This document shows, piece by piece, positions 24,101 to 36,595 of a stretch of DNA of 64,000 nucleotides. Under the pieces are notes generated by a model. That model ran no database searches, was not told the DNA's origin, and saw only the letters and a list, made by a program, of their open reading frames with translations. Every line of letters starts with the position of its first letter. The stretch's first letter is position 1. This DNA is from Scyliorhinus canicula (Eukaryota), in the NCBI RefSeq assembly GCF_902713615.1, contig NC_052156.1:165970789-166034788 (forward strand). The letters run 5' to 3'. The position numbers and the translations under genes were made by a program.

Positions 24101-25778
24101 AAACTTAGGCAAGTGTGAGGTGTTTGTGGTGCACCCTGGAGACCAGGAGGAAGGAATTGGTAGGCTCCCACTTAGGCGGGCAGGGGAGAGTTTTAGGTAC
24201 CTGGGGGTGCAGGTGGCCAGGGACTGGGGGACTCTTCACAAACATAATTTCACCAGACTCAAATGGAGGAGTGCAAGAGGTGGGACATGCTGCCATTGTC
24301 ATTGGCGGGGAGGGTACAGTCCGTCAAAATGACAGTGCTTCAGAGGTTCTTGTTCCTCTTTCAGTGCCTGCCCATCTTTATCCCCAGGGCCTTCTTTAGG
24401 AGAGTGACTAGCAGTATTCTGAGTTTTGTGTGGGCACATGGGACTCAGAGAGTGAAGAGGGTTTTCCTGGAGCAAGGGAGGGATAGAGGGGGGCTGGCGC
24501 TGCCCAACCTTTTGGGGTACTATTGGGCGGCCAATGTGTCAATGGTGCGTAAATGGGTGATGGAGGGGGGAAGGGCGGCGTGGAAAAGAATGGAGATGGC
24601 GTCATGTAGAGGTACGAGCCTGGGTGCCATGGTAACAGCGCAGTTGCCGCTCTCCCCTAAGAGGTTTACCACGAGCCCGGTGGTGGCGGCGACCCTGAGA
24701 ATCTGGGGACAGTGGAGACGGCATAGGGGGGAAACAGGGGGCCCGATGGAGGCTCCACTGGGTGGCAACCATCGGTTCATCCCGGGGAACAAGGATGGGG
24801 GATTTAGGGGGTGGCAAAGGGGGACGATGGACAGAGTGCTTTCGGGGGTGTGAATCGGAGAGGGGAAGGTGTCAAGACATCTATAAGGTAATGCAGGAGG
24901 TGGAGTCGTCGTCAGTGGAGGAGCTGAAGGCTAAATGGGAGGGTGAACTTGGGGAGCAGATAGAGGACAGGACTTGGGCGGATGCCTTGGAGAGAGTCAA
25001 CTCTTCCTCTTCATGTGTGAGGCTTAGCCTCATCCAATTTAAGGTGCTGCACCGGGCCCACATGTCCGGGACTAGGATGAGTAGGTTCTATGGGGGTGAG
25101 GACAGGTGCACCAGGTGTTCAGGGAGTCCAGCGAATCATGCCCATATGTTCTGGGCATGCCCGGCACTGGAAAAATTCTGGAAGGGGGTGGCGGGGACGG
25201 TGTCGAGGGTGGTTGGATCCAGGGTCAAACCAGGGTGGGGACTCGCGATTTTTGGAGTTGCGGTGGAGCTGGGAGTGCAGGAGGTGAAAGAGGCCGGTGT
25301 CCTGGCCTTTGCGTCCCTAGTAGCCCGGCGGAGGATCTTGCTGCAGTGGAAGGATGCGAAGCCCCCAAATGTGGAGACCTGGGTCAATGACATGGCGGGA
25401 TTTATAAAGTTGGAAAGGGTTAAATTTGCCCTGAGAGGATCAATACAAGGGTTCTATAAACGGTGGCAGCCTTTTCTGGACTTCCTGGCTCAAAGATAGG
25501 CATCTTGGTCAATAGCAGCAGCAACCCGGGGTGGGGGGGGGAGGTGGGGTGGGCGGGGGGGGGGGGGTTCCTAACTATAGTTTCTATATTTTTTTTCGCT
25601 ACGGTTATGTAACTTAACACTGGGTTAACTTAAGTTGTTGTTAATATGTTGGGTTGTTCATTGAGGAGGGGCAAAGGTTTATGATTGTTGTCATTACTGT
25701 TATCGTTGGTATTTTAGTATGGTTTGATGTTGTTGCGTAAATTCAAAATTTTTCAATAAAAATTATTTTTTAAAAAAA
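24101..25778 (+). mobile_element. 5'-truncated L1-like LINE with internal deletion
   Basis: 16-bp TSD GAGATCTTTCGAACCT (24085-24100 and 25779-25794); AATAAA plus A-rich tail; PLSLAGRVQSVKM and HMFWACP motifs. Confidence 0.93.
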
Positions 25779-25899
25779 GAGATCTTTCGAACCTTTTTGT
25801 CTGGTCTAATACAACTTATTTTTCTTGTTTAATATTTTATTTGTGTTAAAAGTTCACCTGTGAATTTGTTCAATAAGTTACCGCAACGGTTTCTAAGAG

Positions 25900-26236
25900 A
25901 ATGGTGTATTGGGATTTTCAGAAGGCTTTGATAAGGTTCCACAGAGGATGTGAGTAAACAAAATTAGGAATTGGGTTAATGTGCTGATGTGGATTGAGAA
26001 TTGGTTAACAGACAGAAATAAGTGGGCCATTCTCAGGTGGCAGGTTGTTACTAATCAGCTACCGCAAAGATCAGTTCCTGGTCATTTCTTCACCCAAAGA
26101 GCCTGTGGCCTGTGGAATTCATTACCACAGGAAGTAGTTGATGCTAAAACATTGAATATATTCAAGAGGCGGCTGGATATAGCACTTGGGGTGAATGGGA
26201 TCAAAGGTTATGGGGAGAAAGCAGGATTAGGCTATT
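25900..26236 (+). mobile_element. Decayed CR1 fragments
   Basis: DF.KAFDKVPH, FFTQR..LWNSLP remnants. Confidence 0.7.
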
Positions 26237-26575
26237 AGAACATAGAACAGTACAGCACAGAACAGGCCCTTCGGCCCTCGATGTTGTGCCGAGCAATGAT
26301 CACCCCACTCAAACCCACGTATCCACCCTATACCCAACAACCCCCCCCCCCCCCAAAACCTTACTTTGAGGACACTACGGGCAATTTAGCATGGCCAATC
26401 CACCTAATCCGCACATCTTTGGACTGTGGGAGGAAACCGGAGCACCCGGAGGAAACCCACGCACACACGGGGAGGACGTGCAGACTCCGCACAGGCAGTG
26501 ACCCAGCCGGGAACCGAACCTGGGACCCTGGAGCTGTGAAGCATTTATGCTAACCACCATGCTACCGTGCTGCCC
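26237..26575 (-). mobile_element. Full HE1-like V-SINE with CR1-type tail
   Basis: Near-identical to 1272-1613. Confidence 0.92.
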
Positions 26576-26761
26576 ATATTGAGTTGGATGATCTATGTAC
26601 CCGAACAGGCGACGGAGTGTGGCGACAAGGGGATTTTCACATTAACTTCCTTGCAGTGTTAATTTAAACCTACTTGCGACACTAAGAAAGATAATTATTA
26701 TTGTAGAACAGACATGGGCTCTTCCTGCACTGCAACCAGTCTTGTTTAATAAGTTGCCCAG

Positions 26762-26780
26762 GAGCCCCCTCTAGTGGCCA
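26762..26780 (-). promoter_or_regulatory. CTCF motif downstream of the CDNF stop codon
   Basis: Minus strand TGGCCACTAGAGGGGGCTC; one mismatch to CCASYAGRKGGCRS. Confidence 0.55.
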
Positions 26781-26948
26781 GTCAATCTTCTAAATGTTCA
26801 AAAACACTGAAAGAACACAAAGAACTGAGAAGACCATTTGAAGTGGTAAATTTATCTTTATGGTATACCATATCCATGGCATGCACCATACATATACTGC
26901 ATAACATCGCTGAGGTCCAGTTTTCCTTTTAAAAATGTAGGTAATTCT

Positions 26949-27133
26949 TTATGGTTCACAATTGACATCTAGTTCATCAATGTGATCTTTCCGCGCTAAT
27001 TCCAAGATTAAATTGATTAACTCCACTTTCTCCACACACGCTATGCATTTCTCTCCCCAGTCATCGAGAATCCTCTTCAGCTCTGCCACTCGCAGTCTGC
27101 TCAGTTCAACTTTATTCAATTTCAATTTCTTAG
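26949..27133 (-). CDS. CDNF: CDNF exon 4 (SAP-like domain, ...RVAELKRILDDWGEKCIACVEK...HIDELDVNCEP*)
   Basis: cctatAG acceptor, in frame with exon 3, CxxC (CIAC), TAA at 26949-26951; total CDS 537 nt = 178 aa. Confidence 0.94.
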
Positions 27134-27406
27134 CTATAGGAACACAGAGAAAATCTATTTTAATAGTTACGCCACAATGTTGTTAATGAAATGTCAGGCA
27201 GTCTAATACACTATTACTTTTGCTAAATATTTACTTTTGCTAAATATTCAAGTGTCTAATGACACCCCACCAATGGGTGACACATGCAAAACATTCCAGA
27301 AATTCCATCATTGACAAATTATCTTCTGTTCAACTACAAAACTTATTATTTTCACAGGGAAATTTTGACCAAGGTTTACAAGTTTTTTGTATCTCAAAAA
27401 TTACTA

Positions 27407-27530
27407 CAGTAAGAAGTCTTACAACACCAGCTCCGAAAGCTCGTGTTTGAAACAAACCTGTTGGACTTTAACCTGCTGTTGTAAGACTTCTTACTGTGCT
27501 CACCCCAGTCCAACGCCGGCATCTCCACAT
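27407..27530 (+). mobile_element. Penelope-derived mini-element with 5' inversion
   Basis: 13-bp TSD TCAAAAATTACTA; 25-bp inverted repeat at 27406-27430 and 27473-27497. Confidence 0.85.
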
Positions 27531-29284
27531 CAAAAATTACTAAGCAGCCTATTCTCCCACCATATTCTTAAAGTTAACTGCAACTTCAGTGTCAGGCATG
27601 GCTGAGTGAAGCATTCTTGTTTCTGGGTCAGATGTTGTAGGTTCAAGTTCCATTCCGCCCTGTCTGCCCTCCCAGGTGGACATGAGCTTTCTTGACACTA
27701 ATTGTGAAGAGGAGGGAGGCTCCCACTGAATATTTAGCCCTCAAATCAAGATCACGGAAACAGATCATCGCTGAGTAAATTCTATGTCATGTTTCTTTTA
27801 TTATAACAGTGACTACACTTCAACAACTAAATTGGCCGTGAGGTTCTTTGCGACATCCCTGGGTCATGTAAGGCACTATGCAAATGCACTATGTTTCGCC
27901 GTTCAAAAGGCGTCTCGACAAATACATGGATAGGATGGGTATAGAGGGATACGGCACAAGGAAGTGCTGAGGGTTTTGGGCCAAGGGTGGTATCATGACC
28001 AGTACAGGCTTGGAGGGCCGAAGGGCCTGTTACTGTGCTGTATTGTTCTTTGTTCAAATACAGGCCTGTCTTTCAATAAGGAAGAAAAAAGTCACGAGTT
28101 GGATGCTGCGTACATTTGGATTACACTATTATCTTAACATAGAGCATCCATAATTATGGGATGTCAGCCATATCCTTGGCACCCACCAATGCCTTTAGCA
28201 GAGATGGTAAGGAGCCACTTATATATGAAGTGCATGGCAGCAGCACCAATATTCACTGTGTATATTGTACCTCAAGATGGGTTTGGGGGGTGGTTTCGCT
28301 CACTTCGTGATGAAGAGCAAGGCCAGCAGCACGGGTTCAATTCCTGAACCAGCTGGGTTCATTCATGAAGGCGCTACCTTCTCAATCTCAGGCAACACAC
28401 ACACACCATACCTGCATCTACACACTAAATGGAGCATTAGACGCTGCAGATCCTCACAGATGGAGGACACAGTCTGCAATTCGGAACTATTGGATAACAA
28501 CTCTAACTACTCCTGAACTTAGTGTTCTTCTGTACCCTCTGTGCTGCACCTTGGCGTGACTAAGTGACTTGTTAAACATTTGTGCATTTTGCTTAAAAGG
28601 CCAAATTCATACTGTCCCTTGCTAAAATGCTTCACCTGCTTTTAGATGTCTTGGGTACGTTGCGCAAACTGTTCTTCCTGCTTCTGTTTTGGGGGGATTC
28701 AGGATCGGAGGCAAAATTGGCCAAATGCATTTTTTAATCCGTCAATTTTAGTGAAATACACAATGTTCTGCTTCCTGTCAGCCAATGTTATTTTTTTCAG
28801 GCCCATTTATTTTCCTGTGGGCAGTTGCACTTTCTTCCCCCCCCCCCCACCCTCACAATGTTGCTCCTTTTTAAATGCCGTCCATCTGCAACCTTTTCCA
28901 TCTGACAAGTCCACAGCTTAATGGTAACTATCTGTTCTCTGCATAGCTACTGACTGTTAGGCACAATTCCAGCAGTTTCTGATTTCCTAAGTACAAAGTG
29001 GTCGCAGCTACCATGTTCCAATCTTTCTAGTTTGCAGCCTGTTCCATCACAGTTTGCACACATGCAACGAGCTGTACAGGCTTTGAAATTGAGGAGTATT
29101 GAAGTGGTGTTTGTAAATGAGAATTCACACCTGGCATCATATCAGAACAACAGGAATGCAGTTATATTCGGGACATAGAAAATAAACACAATAAGAAGAT
29201 ATGAAGCAGGGGAGCACTTTCTGCAGCCATGGAACCCCAAGACAGATAAAAAATGTAATTTGCACCTTGCACGTCCTCAATCAG

Positions 29285-31230
29285 TCCCCACCTTCCGACC
29301 CGAACACCATAACCCTTAATCCCTTTATTCTTCAAAAAACAATCTATCTTTACCTTAAAAACATTTAATGAAGGAGCCTCAACTGCTTCACTGGGCAAGG
29401 AATTACAGATTCACAACCCTTTGGGTGAAGAAGTTCCTCTAAACCCAGTCCTAAATCTACTTCCCCTTATTTTGAGGCTATGCCCCCTAGTTCTGCTTTC
29501 ACCCGCCAGTGGAAACAACCTGCCCGCATCTATCCTATCTACTCCCTTCAGAATTTTATACATTTCTATAAGATCCCCCCGCATTCTTCTAAATTCCAAC
29601 GAGTACAGTCCCAGTCTACTCAACCTCTCCTCGTAATCCACCCCCTTCAGCTCTGGGATTAACCTAGTGAATCTCCTCTGGACACCCTCCAGTGCCAGTA
29701 CGTCCTTTCTCAGGTAAGGAGACCAAAACTGAACACAATACTCCAGGTGTGGCCTCACTAACACCTTTACAATTGCAGCATAACCTCCCTACTCTTAAAC
29801 TCCATCACTCTAGCAACGAAGGACAAAACTCCATTAGCCTTCTTAAGCACCTCTAAACCAATTTTTTGTGACTCATGCACGAGCACACCCAGCACTGCAC
29901 AGCAGCATGTTTTAATATTTAATCATTTAAATAATAATCCCTTTTGCTATTATTCGTACAAAAATGGATAACCTCACATTTGTCAACATTGTATTCCATC
30001 TGCCAGACCCTAGCCCATTCACTTAACCTATCCAAATCCCTCTGCAGACTTCCAGTATCCTCTGCACTTTTTGGTTTACCAATCTTAGAGTCATCTGCAA
30101 ACTTGGACACATTGCACTTGGTCCCCAACTCCAAATCATCTATGTAAATTGTGAACAATTGTGGGCCCAACACTGATCCCTGAGGGACACCACTAGCTAC
30201 TGATTGCCAACCAGAGAAACACCCATTAATCCCCACTATTTGCTTTCTATTAATTAACCAATCCTCTATCCGTGCTACTACTTTACCCTTAATGCCATGC
30301 ATCTTTATCTTATGCAGCAACCTTTTGTGTGGCACCTTGTCAAAGGCTTTCTGGAAATCCAGATATACCACATCCATTGGCTCCCCATTATCTACTGCAC
30401 TGGTAATGCCCTCAAAAAATTCCACTAAATTAGTTAGGCACGACCTGCCCTTTATGAACCCATGCTGCGACTGCCCAATGGGACAATTTCCATCCAGATG
30501 CCTCGTTATTTCTTCCTTGATGATAGATTCCAGCATCTTCCCTACTATTGAAGTTAAGCTAACTGGCCTATAATTACCCGCTTTCTGTCTACCTCCTTTT
30601 TTAAACAGTGGTGTCACGTTTGCTAATTTCCAATCTGCCGGGACCACCCCAGAGTCTAGTGAATTTTGGTAAATTATCACTAGTGCATTTGCAATTTCCC
30701 TAGCCATCTCTCTTATCACTCTGGGATGCATTCCATCAGGGCCAGGAGACTTGTCTACCTTTAGCCCCATTAGCTTGCCCATCACTACTTCCTTAGTGAT
30801 AACAATCATCTCAAGGTCTTCAGCTGTCATAGCCTCATTTCCATCAGTCACTGTCATGTTATGTGTCTTCACTGTGAAGACCGACCCAAAAAACCTGTTC
30901 AGTTCCTCAGCCATTTCCTCATCTCCCATTGTTAAATCTCCCTTCTCATCCTCTAAAGGACCAATATTTACCTTAGCCACTCTTTTTTGTTTTATATATT
31001 TGTAGAAAATTTTACTGTTTTTATATTCTGAGCAAGTTTACTCTCATAATCTATCTTACTCTTCTTTATAGCTTTTTTAGTAGCTTTCTGTTGCCCCCTA
31101 AAGATTTCCCAGTCCTCTAGTCTCCCACTAATCTTTGCCACTTTGTATGCTTTTTCCTTCAATTTGATACTCTCCCTTATTTCCTTAGATAGATTTACCC
31201 TCTTTCTACCGTCCTTCCTTTATGTCGGTA
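29285..31230 (-). mobile_element. CR1 LINE ORF2 fragment (RT ORF 29919-30980) in CDNF intron 3
   Basis: KSPGPDG, NYRPVSLTS, QHGF, YLDFQKAFDKVPH, GVPQGSVLGP, FADD. Confidence 0.95.
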
Positions 31231-31805
31231 TAAAGTCTTGCAAGTCTTCGCCTATTACGTCCTAAATGTTAAGTATGTAGTTCGAGGTTCAATTAGCTAA
31301 CCGCTCAAGATGGCAGCCAAAAATATTTGTGCAACCTTATGGCTTTCTTTCTAAAACAATTACTAGACTTTACTGACCTCATACTTTTTCAAAATTGAAA
31401 TATGCCTACTTCGCTTACTTTTATACATTAACGGCGCCGTTCAAATGGCATCTCGACTAATACATGGATAGGATGGGTATAGAGGGATACGGCATAAGGA
31501 AGTGCTGAGGGTTTTGGCCAAAGTTAGTATCATGACCCGTACAGGCTTGAGAGGGCCGAAGGGCCTGTTCCTGTGCTGTATTGTTCTTTTGATTGGTGCA
31601 TTCATTAGTTGTTCAATTACAATTTGTTGGTTCTTATAAACATGAATTCTGAACCAATCACATGCAAATGACGCACACTTTGTAACGAGTATACTGCCGA
31701 GGGGTGATGGATACAGACACACTTGACACAAGGTGTATATTTGGAGAAGCAGACAGTTCAGACAAATTACACAGGATGATGCACAGGGTAGAGAAAGCGA
31801 GGTTA

Positions 31806-32050
31806 GGGCAGCATGGTGGTGCAGTGGGTTAGCCCTGTTTCTTCACGGCTCCAAGGTTCGATCCCGGCCCCGGGTCACTGTCCGTGTGGAGTTTGCACAT
31901 TCTGTCCGTGTGGAGTTTGCACGTTCTCCCCGTGTTTGCGTGGGTTTCACCCCCACAACCCAAAGATGTGCAGGTGCAGGTAGATTGGCCAGGCTAAATT
32001 GCCCCTTAATTGGAAAAAATGAATTGGGTACTCTAAATTTATTTTAAAAA
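31806..32050 (+). mobile_element. Short A-tailed V-SINE next to the CDNF exon 3 donor
   Basis: 16-bp TSD AGAGAAAG(C/T)GAGGTTA (31790-31805 and 32051-32066). Confidence 0.9.
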
Positions 32051-32073
32051 AGAGAAAGTGAGGTTATACGTAC

Positions 32074-32215
32074 CATATTTCAGCTCACAGATCTGCATGT
32101 CTTTCCGTTTCAGTTTTTCACAAATCTTCAGGACCGGTACATGTGCACTCATAGGACGGGCTATTTCATTCACAATTTTAGTTGCGGCATCACTTGTTGC
32201 TCCAACATAGTAGCA
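32074..32215 (-). CDS. CDNF: CDNF exon 3 ([27 protein letters not shown]...ICELKY)
   Basis: catAG acceptor, GTACGT donor, 142 nt; CYYxGATxDAATKI signature; MSAHVP is CDNF-like rather than MANF-like. Confidence 0.96.
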
Positions 32216-32586
32216 CTATGTGAAAGAAAAGTTAAATTACATTGTGTATCACACCCATAATCTTATAAATACAGCAAGCCAGAAAAACCTTTCACAAACA
32301 ATTACAACCTGCTGCTTACAAACTTACTTCTATGAAGAGTACTGATTCACAAAGGGCAAATTGTAATTAACAGAGTACATATTTTAGGGGCAAGTTGTTG
32401 ATATTTGAATTTTACATTTTTTTTAATGAATTTAAAAATTTTTTAATTTGTATTTTAACAATGAATCAGAGAAGGGAATTTTCCAAATCTTTTCCTGATT
32501 CCGTGTCTGTAATTTAAAAAAAATCTAATTTATTCAACACCAACATAATCCTACCTCAAGCTTGGGTATGTTGAAGTACATTTTGA

Positions 32587-33273
32587 ATTCATAGAATTTA
32601 CAGTGCAGAAGGAGGCCATTCGGCCCATCGAGTCGGCACCGGCTCCTGGAAAGAGCACCCTACCCAAGGTTAACACCTCCACCCTATCCCCATAACCCAG
32701 TAACCCCACCCAACACCAAGGGCAATTTTGGACACTAAGGGCAATTTATCATGTCCAACCCACCTACCTTGCCATCTTTGGACTGTGGGAGGAAACCGGA
32801 GCACCCGGAGGAAACCCACGCACACACGGGGAGGATGTGCAGACTCCGCACAGACAGTGACCCAAGACGGAATCGAACCTGGGATCCTGGAGCTGTAAAG
32901 CGACTGTGCTATCCACAATGCTACCGTGCTGCCCAAGTGAAAATCGCTTATTGTCACAAGTAGGCTTCAAATGAAGCTACTGTGAAAAGCCGCGAATCGC
33001 CACATTCCAGCACCTGTTCGGGGAGTCTGTTACGGGATTTGAACCATGCTGCTGGCCTGCCCTAGTCTGCTTTCAAAGCCAGTGATTTAGCCCTGTGCTA
33101 AACAGTCCCTCATTTCAGGACCTATGGGAGGAAACCGGAGCACCCGGAGGAAACCCACGCAGACACGGGGAGAACGTGCAGACTCTGCACAGACAGTGAC
33201 CCAAGCTGGGAATCGGACCCAGGTCCCTGGCGCTGTGAAGCAGTAGTGCTAACCACTGTGTTGCCGTGCCGCC
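32587..33273 (-). mobile_element. Cluster of three SINEs (V-SINE, short tRNA SINE, V-SINE head)
   Basis: Consecutive heads and tails recognisable. Confidence 0.85.
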
Positions 33274-34037
33274 GATGTTTCTTCAGTTTAAACAATATTT
33301 TAAACTGGTGAGAGAGGGTATTTCAACCCTAGGGTGATTTTCTCCAATTTACTGAATTTACCAAAGTATTTTTCCAATTTCATTTATTTGTGTCATGCAG
33401 ACATTATCAATACATGGACATATAGTAATCATTTACACACTTAATCTCACTGATTAATTAGTGCTTTCGTCTTCTTTCACTTAGCTGAATACTTAATATA
33501 ATTGCAATTGCTATAGAAACCAGTCAATGGTTTGTGTGAAGGAGTAGAGCTTGTCCTAATATATGGGAAATTCATCAATCACTTTCTACAAAAGAGAAGC
33601 AGCAAAAGAAAATAAACCAAACATAAATTTAAGCACAAGATGGATGTGGTAGTGGTAATAAAAGTAAGAATATATAACCATAAAAAGCCTTTTAAAAGAC
33701 AAATACACGTTAGTACGATATTCCTTTGCTTCAATACAATACAACCATCAAAAAAAGCTACTGTCAGATTGTGTGCGTCAGTAGCTTAGAGCATTGGCAA
33801 GAACTAACCCCCTGTATATAGGTACCTCGCCTCCACATGACAAATCCTGTGCAGCACTGGTAAACAAGTGGGACAATCAGGCAGCTTCCCACTGCGTGAC
33901 ATTGTCCAATGAAGGTTCAATATACAGCCACACTATATACATTACAAAGATATTATGCAATCATACAAATTACACTACAGGAGGCGGCCAATCAGCCACT
34001 GTGCCAGGTCCACATCAGAACTATCCCCTCCAAACAC

Positions 34038-34282
34038 TGCTTGGGTCACTATCTGTGTGGAGTCTGCACGTTCTCCCCATATCGGTGTGGGTTTCCTCCG
34101 GGTGCTCCGCTTTCCTCCCACAAATCCCAAAGACGTGCTGTTAGGCGAATTGGACATTCTGAATACTCACTTAGTGTACCCGAACAGGCGCTGGAGTGTG
34201 GCGACTAGGGGCTTTTCACGTAACTACATAGCAGTGTTAATATAAGTCTACTTGTGACAATAATAAAGAGTATTAGTATTAA
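34038..34282 (+). mobile_element. V-SINE, 5'-truncated
   Basis: V-domain and shared tail. Confidence 0.82.
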
Positions 34283-34805
34283 TCCCATTTTCATGCTCGG
34301 TCCCTCTACTCCAATGTAATTCCTAATCCAGGTCTATTCCTCCAAAATGCTAAATTGACTATTTCAATTGTGATAACGTAATCTATTTCTAATCCATTTG
34401 AACTTCTAACCTGGTCTTTCAGTTTGAAAAGCGGATGCTTTGGCACTTTCATTACCAATTCATCAGTGAGAACAATCTTTCATTCTTTACTTTCTTTGAA
34501 ACTTCTGAGGTTCTCAGAAGGTTAGATGGGGTACCTGCAATAGGGCAGGGGAGTGGGCTAGGTAGTGTGCTCTTTCAGAGGGTCAGAGCCGGCTCGATGG
34601 GCTGAATAGCCTCCTTTGTCACGGTCAGGAGTCTATAATAGGTTTTCCCATAACCTCCTCTGCTGAATGAAATCTTAGTGCTTAAAGAGTTTCCATTATT
34701 GACAAGTTCCTTCTGTTATTTTAATGAACCTACCTAGCCCCCATCCTTTATCACTGCAGCCAAATTAGCAATCGCACTTAAATCTTAACACGACAACATA
34801 CTTAC

Positions 34806-34933
34806 CAGGCGGTGCTCCTTTCCTTTGGTATGTTCACACATTAGCATCAGTTCATTTACTACCATTTCAAGTGTCAGCTCCACATCCTGCGCTTTCAAAT
34901 ATTTGTAAAATCTCTCCAGAAATCCAATGCATA
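34806..34933 (-). CDS. CDNF: CDNF exon 2 (VCIGFLERFYKYLK...CEHTKGKEHRL)
   Basis: catttAG acceptor, GTAAGT donor, 128 nt; ARMET saposin-like domain motifs. Confidence 0.95.
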
Positions 34934-35379
34934 CTAAATGGTTTTTAAAAAAGTGGGGGAAAAAAAAATCTCAAAAAGAAACATCCAAATTGAAAACATA
35001 ATTAATGGAAGTTTTTAAAACTAATTACTTTTAAATAACGTTTATATATCTTAATCTTCAATGATGTTATCCTCTTTACACTTTACCACAGAAAGATATC
35101 AGCTGTGAGGTTTCTGCTCTGTTTTCAACAACAGTGAACCGCACAATTTAGATTAACAGAAGAAAACACACTTCTTGGACAGCGTTTTAGATTAGCAACT
35201 CAAGTAGCAATGCTCATTTTTTTTGCCCATGTGCAAAATCTTACAACATAAAACCTGATCATTAAAACTCAACTATTTGTTTATGAAGCTCAAGTTTCAC
35301 TTTGTGAAATTTTGAACTGTAATATTGGATCAACATTTGAAGAGGTATCTGGAATGATTCCAAAGTATCTTTGGGGTTA

Positions 35380-36595
35380 TAAATTCTTTGAGGATGTAAC
35401 CAGCAAGGTGGATAATGGGGAACCTGTGGATGTGGTATATCTAGACTTCCAGAAGGCGCTTGATAAGGTGCCGCATAAAAGACTGATCCAGAAGGTGAGA
35501 TCGCAGGGGATTGGGCATAGAGTACTAGATTGGATTGAGGATTGGCTGACTGACAGAAAGCAGAGGGTCGGGATAGGCTGGCGAACTGTAACCAGCGAGC
35601 TGTCGCAGAGGTCAGTCCTCGGACCTCAACAGTTTATAATTTATATAAATAATCTGCAAGTAGAAACAAGAGTGTAACATAGCAAAATATGCGCATGATA
35701 AAATAGGTGAGAAAGCAGGCAGTGAAGAAGAGATAAAGATTTTACAGACAGACATAAATAGGCTAAGAGAATGGGTCAAAGTATGGCAGATGAAGTGAGA
35801 TTATCCATTTTGGCCAAAAGAATAAAGGCAAAGTATTATTTAAATGGAAAGCAAACTCAAGATGCGCCTGGGCAGAGGAATCTGGGTGTCTTTGTTCACG
35901 AATCGCAGAAAGTCTGTATGCAGCTACAGCATGTAACTAAAAAGGCAAATGGAATGTTAGTGTTTATTAAAAAAAGGACTGGAGTATAAAAGTAGAGAAG
36001 TGTTGTTGCAATTGTATAGGGTGTTGGTGAGACCACATCTGGAGCAGTGTGTCCAGATTTGAGCTCCTTATTTGAGGAAGGATGTGGTGGCATTGGGGGC
36101 AGTTCAGGGGAGGTTCACCAGATTGATTCCGGGGATGCAAGGGTTGATGTACGAGGAGAGATTAAACAGTTTAGGCTTATACTCGCTGGAGTTTAGAATG
36201 ATGAGAGGGGATCTAATCGAGATGTATTAAATACTAAAAGGGATTGATAAAGTAAACGTAGACCAAATGTTCCGCCTTGTGGGGAAATCTAGAACAGGAC
36301 GTCACAGATATAGGTTGAGAGGCGGTAGCTTTAAAACTGAGATGAGGAGGAACTACTTCTCGCAGAGGGCAGTGAATTTGTGGAACTCACTGCCCCATAG
36401 TGCGGTGGAATCGGAGTCATTAAACGGTTTCAAGGCGATAGATATATTTGATTTAAAAATCGGTTAAAAGGAAATGAGCAACAGGTGGGGAGGTGGATTT
36501 GAGAGCAGGAAGAGATCAGCCATGATCTGATAGAATGGCGGAGCAGGCTCGAAGGGCTGAATTGCCCACTTCTGCTCCTAATTCCTATGTTCCTA
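35380..36595 (+). mobile_element. Decayed CR1 LINE 3' part
   Basis: YLDFQKALDKVPH, RPHLE, LWNSLP; TTCCTATG tail. Confidence 0.9.

Noticed and set aside
27897-31590. Two similar ~155-bp segments (27897-28056 and 31436-31590) as a local duplication
   Set aside because: Both are CR1-type 3' tails; independent truncated insertions explain them.
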